From Perkinsus chesapeaki ATCC PRA-425 (taxonomy: Eukaryota > Protista > Perkinsozoa), in contig JAAPAO010000126.1 of the NCBI GenBank assembly GCA_013115145.1, positions 3,918-67,917 of the forward strand: a stretch of DNA of 64,000 bases, read 5' to 3'. Below the pieces are notes generated by a model. That model was not told where the DNA came from. It made no database searches and worked only from the letters and a program-made list of their open reading frames with translations. The position numbers and the translations under genes were made by a program. The first letter of the stretch is position 1, and each line of letters opens with the position of its first letter. Below are positions 63,697 to 64,000 of this stretch, piece after piece.

Positions 63697-64000
63697 ATGA
63701 GGTGCTGCGGGACTTTGTCATTGCTTATCATATCCATTGCTATTGCTTTCGCAGCGATTCTGGTGCCATGGAGACCTCTGCAATATCATTTTCGCCAACT
63801 CACTCACTCTTTTCCGATTTTGAATATCTGGCACTATAACGATTACACTGAATATGATATCCCATCTAATCTATCTGATAAGGTTATTCTTATTACAGGA
63901 GCATCAAGTGGTATTGGTTATCAATCTGCTAAGTTATTATCATCTCGTGGTGCTAAAGTTATATTGGGTATCAGAGGTACAAGACAAAGATTAGATAATA
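63697..64000 (+). CDS. SDR paralog copy 3, truncated by window end
   Basis: [55 protein letters not shown]. Confidence 0.88.
   Translation, partial: MRCCGTLSLLIISIAIAFAAILVPWRPLQYHFRQLTHSFPILNIWHYNDYTEYDIPSNLSDKVILITGASSGIGYQSAKLLSSRGAKVILGIRGTRQRLDN

Overview
Gene-dense eukaryotic DNA with many short (about 44-57 nt) GT-AG introns. The myzozoan-type ATP synthase subunit and apicomplexan-type calcineurin A suggest a perkinsid alveolate such as Perkinsus; this is an inference, not a database result. Gene models were assembled by hand from splice sites and protein motifs, so exon boundaries and some ends are approximate. The window holds about 28 protein-coding genes in strand-coherent blocks. 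Plus, 1-5.3 kb: coatomer epsilon, an EF-hand protein and small ORFs. Minus, 6.3-35.5 kb: RPN1, mitochondrial uS15, ELMO-domain, ABC-F, LRR-RING-TRAF-SH3, ATPTG8-like, MNS1, HAD-like, PTR transporter and a TM-interrupted TIR-like protein. Plus, 36-50.3 kb: a TM/MORN-like/DUF900 hydrolase, SURF6, RPC11, an unknown paralog pair, a PfkB kinase, a Zn-ribbon protein and a tandem 2H phosphoesterase. Minus, 50.5-59.8 kb: an EF-hand protein, IMPase and two calcineurin A genes. Plus, 60.7-64 kb: three SDR paralogs. Two patterns are not explained by the annotation. (1) In both tandem gene families, the segments that are near-identical between paralogs are strongly AT-rich, including third codon positions, with sharp boundaries against ordinary-GC diverged segments. 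This hints at a homology-dependent C/G-to-T/A mutation process (RIP/MIP-like) coupled to gene conversion. (2) The tRNA B-box 10-mer GGTTCGATCC occurs at least five times, four of them inside tiny spliceosomal introns. Three copies continue as full tRNA 3' ends (T-arm, acceptor strand, discriminator, T-run), and one of these fills an intron of the Pol III subunit gene RPC11.
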